Source of the DNA: a virus
Lineage: Duplodnaviria; Caudoviricetes
Virus record (IMG/VR): IMGVR_UViG_3300047669_000652
Location: 1-29,633 of that record
DNA: 29,633 nt
Direction: 5' to 3' (one strand)
The notes beneath the pieces were generated by a model that was not told the DNA's origin, made no database searches, and worked only from the letters and a program-made list of their open reading frames with translations. Below, piece after piece: positions 7,698 to 16,865 of this stretch (position 1 is its first letter; every line of letters starts with the position of its first letter). The position numbers and the translations under genes were made by a program.

Positions 7698-9143
7698 ATG
7701 GCAATAAATTTAAACGACATATCAACAAAAGTAATGAAACTGATGCAAGGCAGTGGGCATGCAATGAAAATGTTTGACGCTAATAGCGGCAAAAGTGTTG
7801 CAACTCCTGAAGAAGCACGGTTTTTTTATGTTAAAGAACCAAACATGATGGTTCATATCGATGGAACAACTAATGAACTAAAGTTTCATATTGGTGAAGA
7901 TGTCGATATTGATAACGAAAGTGTCAATAATATGATGAATCAATTGAAAAACTTAGCACGAACTAATATGCTAGACTTTGATATTCGTTCATTCGGAAAA
8001 CATATAGAGCCTAAAAACTATGCATATAAGGTTAAACAAAATAAGGAGCAAACCATGACAGACCACGTCAATGAAGGCATGGGCCCATTGTCGGGTTCAT
8101 CGAAAACAAGTAGACAGACATTAGAAAATGTCCGACTAATTTTAAAACACCGTGCGCCAGTAAACGAAGAATCTCGTGGTTCTCGTTCACGCAACATCTC
8201 AGCAATATTCGTTGAGACTGGCGAAGGCGAACGTTTTAAATACCCATTTATTCACTTAAACGGTGCAAGAGCAATGGCACGTCACGTAGCATCAGGTGGT
8301 GAAACACATGATATGGTAGGCGAAGCAATTATAGAGATGTCTGATAATTTAGCAAGACTAAAAGAGTTTATGCATCTTGTCAATAAACAAGAATTAGTAA
8401 ATGAAACAAATCGTGCTGATGTTTGGAATGTAAAGCGTAGTGTACAATCAATTAAAGAAAAAGTACAGAGAATTCAAGGTGCAAAAGGTTATGCTAATTG
8501 GGTATCAGATATGGCACTTAACGATGTTCAACCACAAGTAGAGATTTCAGAAGAAGCAGTAGATAATTTTGTACAGAAGTTTACAAAAACAACATTCGAA
8601 GAATCACTAAGAGATATTTTTCCATTACTACACAAAGTTAATGAAGAAGAAATGGAAAATCGTAGAGATAACCAAACTGCAAGAGTTCTAGAAATAATGA
8701 CTGCAAAAGTCAAAAAGACTGGTGAAAAAATAAACACAATTTCTTTTGGTGCTCCAAGTTCTTCATCTTATGACTACTCACAAATTAAAAAGCAGTTCGC
8801 AGAACCACGTACTCCAGAAGAAGCGACTCAAAACAAGATTTCTAAGATAGCAATGACATTTGATGATTTGGCTGACAGAGTTCAAGTAGATACATTATTA
8901 GACAAGAAAGGTAAAAAGAAAGGTCATGATTTAGCGGCTGAAGTTTCTTTTTTCTTAACTGATATTGCTAACGAAATTCGTTCAAATCCAAGAGGCATAG
9001 ACAAACAAGATATGCAAGTTGCTGGACACTTACTTAAGATGTCAAAAGCATCAGTAGAAACAGCAGAACCAAAAACAGCAGATACACAAATATCTGAGAT
9101 GCTCGAAGAGGCTTTCTCAAAGTTTAATGTAGATAAAGTTTAA
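7698..9143 (+). CDS. hypothetical late (probably virion/head-associated) protein
   Basis: 481-aa ORF with late promoter; several V-N-E/I-S-E motifs; no enzymatic motif recognised. Confidence 0.75.
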   Translation: MAINLNDISTKVMKLMQGSGHAMKMFDANSGKSVATPEEARFFYVKEPNMMVHIDGTTNELKFHIGEDVDIDNESVNNMMNQLKNLARTNMLDFDIRSFGKHIEPKNYAYKVKQNKEQTMTDHVNEGMGPLSGSSKTSRQTLENVRLILKHRAPVNEESRGSRSRNISAIFVETGEGERFKYPFIHLNGARAMARHVASGGETHDMVGEAIIEMSDNLARLKEFMHLVNKQELVNETNRADVWNVKRSVQSIKEKVQRIQGAKGYANWVSDMALNDVQPQVEISEEAVDNFVQKFTKTTFEESLRDIFPLLHKVNEEEMENRRDNQTARVLEIMTAKVKKTGEKINTISFGAPSSSSYDYSQIKKQFAEPRTPEEATQNKISKIAMTFDDLADRVQVDTLLDKKGKKKGHDLAAEVSFFLTDIANEIRSNPRGIDKQDMQVAGHLLKMSKASVETAEPKTADTQISEMLEEAFSKFNVDKV

Positions 9144-9166
9144 TGTAAAAATAAGTAATTTTCTTG

Positions 9167-9196
9167 TTGACATTCATAGTCAACCTATGCTATAAT
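9167..9196 (+). promoter_or_regulatory. sigma70-type early promoter
   Basis: TTGACA-N18-TATAAT with TGn extended -10. Confidence 0.75.
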
Positions 9197-9198
9197 AG

Positions 9199-9225
9199 AG
9201 AAGAGTGTCAAAACTCTTCTTTTTT
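9199..9225 (+). terminator. intrinsic terminator ending the late block
   Basis: AGAAGAGT-GTCAAA-ACTCTTCT-TTTTT. Confidence 0.7.
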
Positions 9226-9277
9226 ATTGGGCAATAACCACTAGGTTAAAAAACTTTCAAAAAGACGTATTTAACAC

Positions 9278-9306
9278 TTGACTTTGACGAAAAAGATAAG
9301 TATAAT
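9278..9306 (+). promoter_or_regulatory. sigma70-type promoter for gp32
   Basis: TTGACT-N17-TATAAT. Confidence 0.8.
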
Positions 9307-9337
9307 AGTATCATTAGTAGAAATATGTATGGTACAT

Positions 9338-9400
9338 AAAAACTAATAAAAAACTAATAGTAATAAGTAACAAAAAACTAATAAAGGCTAATATAGGAGA
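9338..9400 (+). promoter_or_regulatory. A-rich repeated leader (CTAATA x4), putative autogenous translational operator of the SSB gene
   Basis: CTAATA at 9343, 9354, 9378 and 9388, directly before the AGGAG RBS. Confidence 0.6.
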
Positions 9401-9405
9401 AAATA

Positions 9406-10389
9406 ATGGCTACACTAGCAGAAATCCGTGCGAAACTTCTCGCACAAGACAGTAAAGCATCAGACAATGCATCCTCAAACAGAGGCACAGATGCTGTATA
9501 CCCTTTCTGGAATATGGACAACGACAATACAGCAGTATTGAGGTTCCTTCCAGACTCAGACCCAACAAACACATTCTTTTGGAAAGAACGCCAAGTTATC
9601 AAACTTCCGTTCCCAGGTGTTAAAGGTGGTGATGAACAAAAACGAGTAATCGTTCAAGTACCTTGCGTTGAAATGTGGGGCGAGTCTTGCCCAATTCACG
9701 CTGAAATTCGTCCTTGGTTTAAAGACCCAGCAATGGAAGACTTAGGTCGTACATACTGGAAAAAACGTTCATACGTTTTTCAAGGTTTGGTTGTAACTGA
9801 CCCAATTGGTGGTGAGCAACCCGAAAATCCAATCCGTAGATTTATCATTGGACCACAAATCTTCAAGTTATTGAAGGCGGCTCTAATGGATCCAGACATG
9901 GACAATCTACCAACGGAATATGAAAACGGTACTGATTTCCGTCTAACTAAAACAACAAAAGGTCAGTATGCTGACTATTCAACTTCATCGTGGTCTCGTA
10001 AAGAGCGTTCACTAAATGAAGATGAACGTCAAGCGGTAGAAACTAATGGTCTTTATGACTTGAATGAGTTTATGCCTAAGCGTCCAACGGCGGATGACAT
10101 GCGAATTATCACAGAGATGTTTGAAGCATCTGTTGATGGTGAATTGTATGACCCAACTCGTTGGGGACAGCACTATAAACCTTATGGGTTAGATGTTCCT
10201 GCAGGAACTTCTGTACCAACTCCAACACCTTCTGCTCCGAAAGTAGAAGAAGTTAAGGTAGTTGCTCCAGTAGAAACTGTTACAGAAGCATCAGCACCGA
10301 CTCCAGCACCAGCACCAGCCGAAACGACTGATGCATCTGGAAATGCGGCAGATATCTTAGCAATGATTCGTAGTAGAAAAACAGACTAA
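9406..10389 (+). CDS. gp32: single-stranded DNA-binding protein (T4 gp32-like)
   Basis: AVLRFLP, C...GESCPI, YWKKRSY, GTDFRLTK...YADYSTS motifs; Pro/Ala linker; position before uvsX. Confidence 0.88.
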   Translation: MATLAEIRAKLLAQDSKASDNASSNRGTDAVYPFWNMDNDNTAVLRFLPDSDPTNTFFWKERQVIKLPFPGVKGGDEQKRVIVQVPCVEMWGESCPIHAEIRPWFKDPAMEDLGRTYWKKRSYVFQGLVVTDPIGGEQPENPIRRFIIGPQIFKLLKAALMDPDMDNLPTEYENGTDFRLTKTTKGQYADYSTSSWSRKERSLNEDERQAVETNGLYDLNEFMPKRPTADDMRIITEMFEASVDGELYDPTRWGQHYKPYGLDVPAGTSVPTPTPSAPKVEEVKVVAPVETVTEASAPTPAPAPAETTDASGNAADILAMIRSRKTD

Positions 10390-10400
10390 GAACCAATATT

Positions 10401-10434
10401 GAGTGGGGGAGAGTTATTCTCCCCTTACTCTTTT
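10401..10434 (+). terminator. GC-rich hairpin (terminator or mRNA-stabilising) between gp32 and uvsX
   Basis: GAGTGGGGGAGA...TCTCCCCTTACTC followed by TTTT. Confidence 0.6.
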
Positions 10435-10455
10435 ATATCACATAAGGAGAAATAT

Positions 10456-11538
10456 ATGGCACGAGCCTTTGATGCGAGTAAGTTTCGCAAAAATATAACA
10501 AAATCTGTTCCTGGTATGAGTGTTGGTTTTAGAGACCCAGACACTTGGGTTTCAACAGGAAATTTCACATTAAATAAACTTATCAGTAACGACTTCCATA
10601 AGGGAATTCCACTTGGTAAAGTAACAGTCTTTGCAGGTGAAAGTGGTGCAGGTAAATCATTTATCGCCGCTGGTAACATAGTTAAAAACGCACAAGACCA
10701 AGGAATTTTTGTAGTTCTAATCGACAGTGAGAATGCACTAGACGAAACATGGTTACATGCACTCGATGTAGATACTACGCCAGAAAAACTATTAAAATTA
10801 AACGTAGCAATGATTGACGATGTTGCTAAAATCATTTCAGACTTTATGAAAGGTTATAAAGAAGACCACGCAGATAGACCAGACGAAGACCGTCCTAAGG
10901 TTTTATTTGTGATTGATAGTCTAGGAATGATGATGACCCCAACTGATGTTGACCAGTTCAATAAGGGAGACATGAAAGGTGATATGGGTCGTAAGCCAAA
11001 AGCATTGGCATCGTTAGTACGTAATAGTGTGAATATGTTTGGTGACTATAACGTAGGTTTAGTTGCGACAAATCACACGTATGCATCACAAGATATGTTT
11101 GACCCAGACGATAAGATATCAGGTGGTCAAGGGTTTATCTATGCTAGTTCTATTGTAGTAGCAATGCGTAAACTTAAACTAAAAGTAGATGCAGATGGTA
11201 ACAAAACTTCACAAGTGCATGGTATTAGAGCGGCTTGTAAAGTAATGAAAACACGATACTCAAAACCATTTGAGAGTGTGCAAGTTGAGATTCCATACGA
11301 AACTGGTATGAGTCCTTATAGCGGTCTAGTTGAGTTCTTCGAAGCAAAAGGTTTACTTGTTAAACAAGGAAATCGATTGAAGTATATGGCTAAATCTGGC
11401 GAAGAGATGATTGAATTTCGCAAGAATTGGTCAGATGAAAAACTTGATATTGTTATGAATGATTGGAATGAAGAGAACATTGATGCTGAAAAACACGAAT
11501 TAGAATCAGTTGAAACTGTGGACTCTGAAGAAGTATAA
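10456..11538 (+). CDS. uvsX: UvsX/RecA-like recombinase
   Basis: Walker A GESGAGKS, LIDSENA, FVIDSLG, TNHTY, SGGQG; TAAGGAG RBS before ATG 10456. Confidence 0.93.
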   Translation: MARAFDASKFRKNITKSVPGMSVGFRDPDTWVSTGNFTLNKLISNDFHKGIPLGKVTVFAGESGAGKSFIAAGNIVKNAQDQGIFVVLIDSENALDETWLHALDVDTTPEKLLKLNVAMIDDVAKIISDFMKGYKEDHADRPDEDRPKVLFVIDSLGMMMTPTDVDQFNKGDMKGDMGRKPKALASLVRNSVNMFGDYNVGLVATNHTYASQDMFDPDDKISGGQGFIYASSIVVAMRKLKLKVDADGNKTSQVHGIRAACKVMKTRYSKPFESVQVEIPYETGMSPYSGLVEFFEAKGLLVKQGNRLKYMAKSGEEMIEFRKNWSDEKLDIVMNDWNEENIDAEKHELESVETVDSEEV

Positions 11539-11542
11539 AATA

Positions 11543-11568
11543 AAGCAATCTGTATAAATAGATTGCTT
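11543..11568 (+). promoter_or_regulatory. TATAAATA late promoter inside a perfect 9-bp inverted repeat
   Basis: AAGCAATCT-GTATAAAT-AGATTGCTT. Confidence 0.6.
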
Positions 11569-11600
11569 ATCATAACAAGAAAAAACTAAGAGGAGTCAAC

Positions 11601-11831
11601 TTGGAATCAGAATCACTTTACGAATTGTGGGAAACTTTAGTGAACTATATTCCTGGCAAAGATAGAATAGAAGCCGGAGAAATGTTCATAAAGCAATGCG
11701 ATGATTTAGGAATGAGTAGTGAAGATATAGAAATACTAATTGACGGCAACCCAATTCTTTTGGTTGCAATAGATAGATACTTCGAGGATGAAGAAGATGA
11801 AAACGAAGATGACACCGATGATTGGGACTGA
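11601..11831 (+). CDS. small acidic hypothetical protein
   Basis: GAGGAG RBS, TTG start, D/E-rich tail; TGATG coupling to uvsY. Confidence 0.8.
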   Translation: MESESLYELWETLVNYIPGKDRIEAGEMFIKQCDDLGMSSEDIEILIDGNPILLVAIDRYFEDEEDENEDDTDDWD

Positions 11832-12295
11832 TGAACTGGTATAGCAAAGTAGTAAAAGACTGGGGTGAAATTCCTAATTGTATTCAATACTTTGAAACAG
11901 AGTTAAAGGATGCAAGAAAGGAAGTGAAGATACAAGGTAATATTGAAAAAAATGCCACGTATCTTCCTGCTTATGTAGAACTTCGTTTTGGTCAGTTACA
12001 AGAGATAGAAGCCATTTTAGAACATCTAAATATATCATTACGAAAGAAAAGAAGTTCGTATCTACGAAAATATTTAGAGAACTATAATAAAGTATTGAGC
12101 AGTAGAGATGCTGAAAAATACGCAGATGGCGAAGATGAAATCGTTGCAGTTGGTGAATTGATAAACCAAGTAGCACTCATCAGAAATCAGTATCTCGGAA
12201 TAACAAAAGGGTTTGAAATTAAGCACTTTCAACTGTCTAACATAATTAAGTTACGTGTTGCAGGTATGGAAGATTCAGAGATTAACACATATTAG
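11831..12295 (+). CDS. uvsY: recombination mediator UvsY-like
   Basis: Coiled coil with Y...L..RDAEKYADGE..I...GFEIK.FQL.NIIKLR pattern; next to uvsX. Confidence 0.8.
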   Translation: MNWYSKVVKDWGEIPNCIQYFETELKDARKEVKIQGNIEKNATYLPAYVELRFGQLQEIEAILEHLNISLRKKRSSYLRKYLENYNKVLSSRDAEKYADGEDEIVAVGELINQVALIRNQYLGITKGFEIKHFQLSNIIKLRVAGMEDSEINTY

Positions 12296-12308
12296 GATAG
12301 AGGGCATA

Positions 12309-14606
12309 ATGAACGGGATTCATATAGTTAAACGAAACGGAGAGAGAGAGGAATTAGACTTAGAGAAAATGCACAAAGTCGTTTTTGAAGCATGTAACAA
12401 TATCAATAATGTATCTGCCAGTGAAGTCGAATTAAAATCTCATATCCAGTTTCATAGTGGAATGACTAGTAGCGAAATACAAGAAACATTAATTAAAGCG
12501 GCTGCTGAGTTGATAACAGAAGATACTCCCAACTATCAATGGGTAGCAGGTAATCTAATTAATTACCATATCAGAAAAGAAGTATACAATGATTTTGAAC
12601 CATGTGGTATTTTGCAGTTGGTCAATCAGAATGTGAAGTCTGGCTTTTATGATAAAGAACTATTAACGGATTATTCAGAAGAAGAATGGGAAAAGATTAA
12701 TGGTTTTATCAGACATGATAGAGATTTTGATATCACATATGTTGGGATGGAACAATTTCGTGGTAAGTATCTAGTACAAAATAGAGTTACACATAAGATA
12801 TACGAAACACCACAAATGGCATACATGCTAATTGCGGCAACGTTATTCAGTAACTATCCAAAAGAAGAAAGATTAAAATGGGTTAAGGATTATTATGATG
12901 CTATCAGTACATTTGATATCTCATTACCAACGCCTGTTATGGCTGGTGTTCGTACACCACAAAGACAATTCAGTAGTTGCGTATTAATTGAAACAGATGA
13001 TAGTTTAGATAGTATCAATGCGACATCTAGTTCAATTGTTAAATATGTCTCTCAGAAAGCAGGAATTGGGGTTGGTGCGGGTAGTATCCGTGCTATAAAC
13101 TCACCTATTCGTAATGGCGATGCAAGTCATACTGGCGTTATTCCATTCTATAAGATGTTTCAAGCGGCAGTTAAATCGTGTTCACAGGGCGGTGTTAGAG
13201 GCGGTGCCGCAACATTGTACTATCCTGTATGGCATTATGAAGTTGAAGATTTACTTGTTTTAAAGAATAATAAGGGCACAGAAGACAATCGTGTTCGTCA
13301 CATGGACTATGGTGTTCAGTTCAATAAACTTATGTATGAACGACTAATGCAAGGTGGTAACATCACATTGTTCAGTCCACAAGATGTCCCAGGATTGTAT
13401 GAGGCATTCTTTAATGACCAAGATAAGTTCCGTGAACTATATGAACAAGCAGAACGTAAAACATCTATTCGTAAGAAAACAGTACCTGCTATTGAGTTAT
13501 TTTCATCGTTTATGAATGAACGTAAGAATACAGGTCGTATCTATTTGATGAATGTTGACCACGCAAATGACCATAGTTCTTTTGATACAAAAGTGGCACC
13601 AATCAAACAATCAAATCTATGTTGTGAGATTACTCTTCCAACTAAGCCATTGAGTAGTGTGATGGATGAAGAAGGAGAAATTGCTCTCTGTACACTAAGT
13701 GCTATCAATTGGGGCAATATTAAATCACCAAAAGATTTTGAGAAGCCATGTGAGTTGGCAATAAGAGGACTTGATGCACTATTGAGTTATCAGGATTATC
13801 CACTCATTGCTGCCGAGTTGGCAACAAATAATAGGAGACCTTTGGGTGTAGGCATTATTAATTTTGCGTATTGGCTGGCTAAAAATGATACGAATTACTC
13901 TGACCCTAACTTAGAGTTAGTTGACGAATGGACAGAAGCATGGAGTTATTATCTAATCAAAGCCTCAAATAATTTGGCAAAAGAAATTGGAGCATGTCCA
14001 AAGTCTAATGAAACAAAGTATGGACATGGAGTCGTACCAATAGATACACGTAAAATAGAGATTGATGAACTTGTTTCTCATAAAGAAAGAATGGATTGGA
14101 AATCTCTTAGAGAAGACCTTAAAGAATATGGAATTAGAAACTCAACAGTGATGGCACTTATGCCTGCAGAAACATCAGCACAGATTAGTAATAGTACAAA
14201 TGGTATTGAACCACCACGTAGCCTTGTTAGTGTTAAACAATCAAAGCACGGAGTACTAAAGCAAGTAGTTCCTGGCATTCACAAGTTGAAAAACAAATAT
14301 GAACTTCTATGGGACCAGAAAAGCCCAGAAGGTTATTTAAAGATTATGGCAGTATTACAAAAGTATATCGACCAAGGTATCTCAGTGAACACAAGTTATA
14401 ATCCAGTACATTTTGAAGATGAAAAGATTCCAATGTCAGTGATGTTACAACATCTTATAATGTTTTATAAGTATGGTGGAAAACAATTGTATTACTTCAA
14501 TACATTTGATGGACAAGGTGAACTAGATATCAATGCTCTTAATAATGAAGAACCATTAGAGCCAGGATTAATAGATGATGAGGATTGTGAAGGCTGTGCC
14601 ATTTAA
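12309..14606 (+). CDS. nrdA: class Ia ribonucleotide reductase alpha subunit with ATP cone
   Basis: IVKRNG ATP cone, QFSSCVL, CSQGGVRGGA, SNLCCEI, LYY, C-terminal CEGC. Confidence 0.97.
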   Translation: MNGIHIVKRNGEREELDLEKMHKVVFEACNNINNVSASEVELKSHIQFHSGMTSSEIQETLIKAAAELITEDTPNYQWVAGNLINYHIRKEVYNDFEPCGILQLVNQNVKSGFYDKELLTDYSEEEWEKINGFIRHDRDFDITYVGMEQFRGKYLVQNRVTHKIYETPQMAYMLIAATLFSNYPKEERLKWVKDYYDAISTFDISLPTPVMAGVRTPQRQFSSCVLIETDDSLDSINATSSSIVKYVSQKAGIGVGAGSIRAINSPIRNGDASHTGVIPFYKMFQAAVKSCSQGGVRGGAATLYYPVWHYEVEDLLVLKNNKGTEDNRVRHMDYGVQFNKLMYERLMQGGNITLFSPQDVPGLYEAFFNDQDKFRELYEQAERKTSIRKKTVPAIELFSSFMNERKNTGRIYLMNVDHANDHSSFDTKVAPIKQSNLCCEITLPTKPLSSVMDEEGEIALCTLSAINWGNIKSPKDFEKPCELAIRGLDALLSYQDYPLIAAELATNNRRPLGVGIINFAYWLAKNDTNYSDPNLELVDEWTEAWSYYLIKASNNLAKEIGACPKSNETKYGHGVVPIDTRKIEIDELVSHKERMDWKSLREDLKEYGIRNSTVMALMPAETSAQISNSTNGIEPPRSLVSVKQSKHGVLKQVVPGIHKLKNKYELLWDQKSPEGYLKIMAVLQKYIDQGISVNTSYNPVHFEDEKIPMSVMLQHLIMFYKYGGKQLYYFNTFDGQGELDINALNNEEPLEPGLIDDEDCEGCAI

Positions 14607-15256
14607 TGGAACTAAGCAACCTTCCAAGTTATAAATTAGCAAAGTGTTTGTGTGTAAGACCGCTATCGCCAGATAACCCGGAATTAGGATATTTTAATTC
14701 TTGCACAGAACAACCACAGTCGAAATCAAATAAAATAGTAGAAGATGAATTTTTTTCTGGACGTGGTAGATTTTATTGGTATGACATTAAACTTGATTCA
14801 AGTGTAGACTTTTCTGTGTATCAAAAATTTATAACAGAATTTTTAAGAAGAGGCGAAACACATGATTGCTTAATACACTTATCGAATGTAATATATGAAC
14901 CTCAATACGATAAAGAATTAGTATCATTATATAACATGCCACATTTATCACAATTTATAGAAGTAACTTCTTCTATTCCGCAAACTATATATTTTGATTT
15001 GGATGATAAAAGATTTGAACCGACCTCACTAAGAGAATTAATTGAAGTAGACAAGTTGTGTAGAAAACTTGAAGGTATTCCAAATATTTCATATTTCTTA
15101 ATAAATGTATCAGTACACACAAGAAATAAGGATAATTCACTTAGTGACGTTAGCACAGTACTAGCAGTAAACGACCTTTATTACAAAGAACTAATGGTAA
15201 AAGAAGAAGAGAAAATGATGCAGAAGATAAATATGAAGCAATTGAGAGAAAACTAA
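14606..15256 (+). CDS. hypothetical protein between nrdA and nrdB
   Basis: 216-aa ORF, TAATG-coupled to nrdA; no recognised motif. Confidence 0.7.
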   Translation: MELSNLPSYKLAKCLCVRPLSPDNPELGYFNSCTEQPQSKSNKIVEDEFFSGRGRFYWYDIKLDSSVDFSVYQKFITEFLRRGETHDCLIHLSNVIYEPQYDKELVSLYNMPHLSQFIEVTSSIPQTIYFDLDDKRFEPTSLRELIEVDKLCRKLEGIPNISYFLINVSVHTRNKDNSLSDVSTVLAVNDLYYKELMVKEEEKMMQKINMKQLREN

Positions 15257-15267
15257 GAGAGGAAACT

Positions 15268-16398
15268 ATGAGCGTATTTAATTCAAACAACAAACAAGAC
15301 CACACAAAAGCGAAAGCATTTTTGGACCCGTCAGGAGGAGTGACAATCCAGCGTTATGATATGTTGAAGTATAAACAGTTTGACAAACTAACTGATAAGC
15401 AGTTAGGTTTCTTCTGGCGTCCAGAGGAAGTTGATTGTCATAAGGATGCAAACGACTTCAATAATCTTACAGATAATGAAAGACACATTTTCACAAGTAA
15501 TCTTAAAAGACAAATCATATTAGATAGTGTTCAAGGTCGTGCGCCAGTCGAAGCATTTGGACCACTAGTAAGTATTCCAGAACTAGAAGCATGGATTCAA
15601 ACTTGGACATTCAGTGAAACAATTCACTCACGCAGTTACACACATATTATTCGTAATGTGTATGCTAATCCTAGCAAAGTATTCGATGAGATGATGAATA
15701 TTCCTGAGATTACAGACTGTGCCGATGCTATTAGTACTAACTATGATGAACTTATTGCCCTTTCATTACAGTATCAATACCTAGGAGTAGGCAATCATAC
15801 AGTCAATGGCAAGAAAGTTAATGTAGACTTATACGAACTTAAGAAAGCATTATACAAAACACTAATGAGTGTTAACATCCTAGAAGGTGTTCGTTTCTAC
15901 GTATCATTTGCTTGTAGTTGGGCGTTTGCTGAACTTAAGAAGATGGAAGGCAATGCTAAAATTATTAAACTAATTGCACGTGATGAGAATTTGCACTTGG
16001 CATCTACTCAATCACTTCTAAAGATTTTACCTAAAGATGATAAAGATTATATTAAAATTGCAAAAGAAACAGAAAAAGAATGTATTCAGATGTTTGTTGA
16101 TGCAGTTGACCAAGAAAAAGCATGGGCTGAGTATCTATTTAAAGATGGCAGTATGATTGGATTAAACACACAACTATTAAGTGATTACATTGAATGGATT
16201 TGTTGCAAACGTATGATTGCTGTTAATCTAAAATGTCCATATGTTGTTCCACAATCAAATCCACTACCGTGGACTCAGAAATGGATTGCAGGTGCAGATG
16301 TACAAGTAGCACCACAAGAAACAGAAATCACTTCTTATATTCAAGGAGGAGTGAAGCAAGACGTATCAGAAGACACGTTTGGCGGAATGTCATTGTGA
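15268..16398 (+). CDS. nrdB: class Ia ribonucleotide reductase beta subunit
   Basis: FFWRPEE, LDSVQGR, ETIHSRSY (radical Tyr), EGVRFYVSF, RDENLH, VAPQETE. Confidence 0.97.
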   Translation: MSVFNSNNKQDHTKAKAFLDPSGGVTIQRYDMLKYKQFDKLTDKQLGFFWRPEEVDCHKDANDFNNLTDNERHIFTSNLKRQIILDSVQGRAPVEAFGPLVSIPELEAWIQTWTFSETIHSRSYTHIIRNVYANPSKVFDEMMNIPEITDCADAISTNYDELIALSLQYQYLGVGNHTVNGKKVNVDLYELKKALYKTLMSVNILEGVRFYVSFACSWAFAELKKMEGNAKIIKLIARDENLHLASTQSLLKILPKDDKDYIKIAKETEKECIQMFVDAVDQEKAWAEYLFKDGSMIGLNTQLLSDYIEWICCKRMIAVNLKCPYVVPQSNPLPWTQKWIAGADVQVAPQETEITSYIQGGVKQDVSEDTFGGMSL

Positions 16399-16865
16399 TA
16401 GAATTAGATAGCATAGGTAAAGTAGATTATGAAGTAAAAGATTTTGTTGCGTTAACACCTCATAACGAGGCGCACTTTTGTTTAGTACCTAGGACAGTTG
16501 ACCAAGAAACTATTTTAAAGTTACAAAAAGTAATGATGGACATAGGCAATGCAAACATTAAGAATGGAGTATGCAAAGAATACCATACTGTAATGAGATT
16601 TGTCAATGACCATCCAATTGTAGAAATACATTTAACACAGGAGAAAAGTATGACCAAAATAGGAACAGAGTTTCAAATATGGATACAAAGTACTTGGATG
16701 GAACATCTAGACGAGAAACTGGCTTGGAAAGAAAAAGTAGATTACACACAAGCCGAGTGGATTAAGAATAATATTAAATTCTTAACAAATAGATTTCAAG
16801 AAGTTAGAGAACTTCCACCTGAAGTAAAACAAAGAGCCAGAGCAATAGACGGATTTGGTGAGTAA
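16395..16865 (+). CDS. hypothetical protein, possibly a fusion of two small genes
   Basis: GTG 16395 overlaps nrdB TGA; internal AGGAG + in-frame ATG at 16650. Confidence 0.6.
   Translation: MIELDSIGKVDYEVKDFVALTPHNEAHFCLVPRTVDQETILKLQKVMMDIGNANIKNGVCKEYHTVMRFVNDHPIVEIHLTQEKSMTKIGTEFQIWIQSTWMEHLDEKLAWKEKVDYTQAEWIKNNIKFLTNRFQEVRELPPEVKQRARAIDGFGE

Noticed and set aside
9338-9393. CRISPR-like array in the gp32 leader
   Set aside because: Repeats are only 6-10 nt with no spacer-length unique sequences, and there are no cas genes
10399-16394. Longer N-termini in the ORF track (uvsX 10399, nrdA 12255, ORF 16233)
   Set aside because: The extensions overlap a hairpin or the upstream gene; better starts are at 10456, 12309 and 16395
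6106-16398. Inteins or group I introns in terL, uvsX, nrdA or nrdB
   Set aside because: All have normal length and uninterrupted motif spacing
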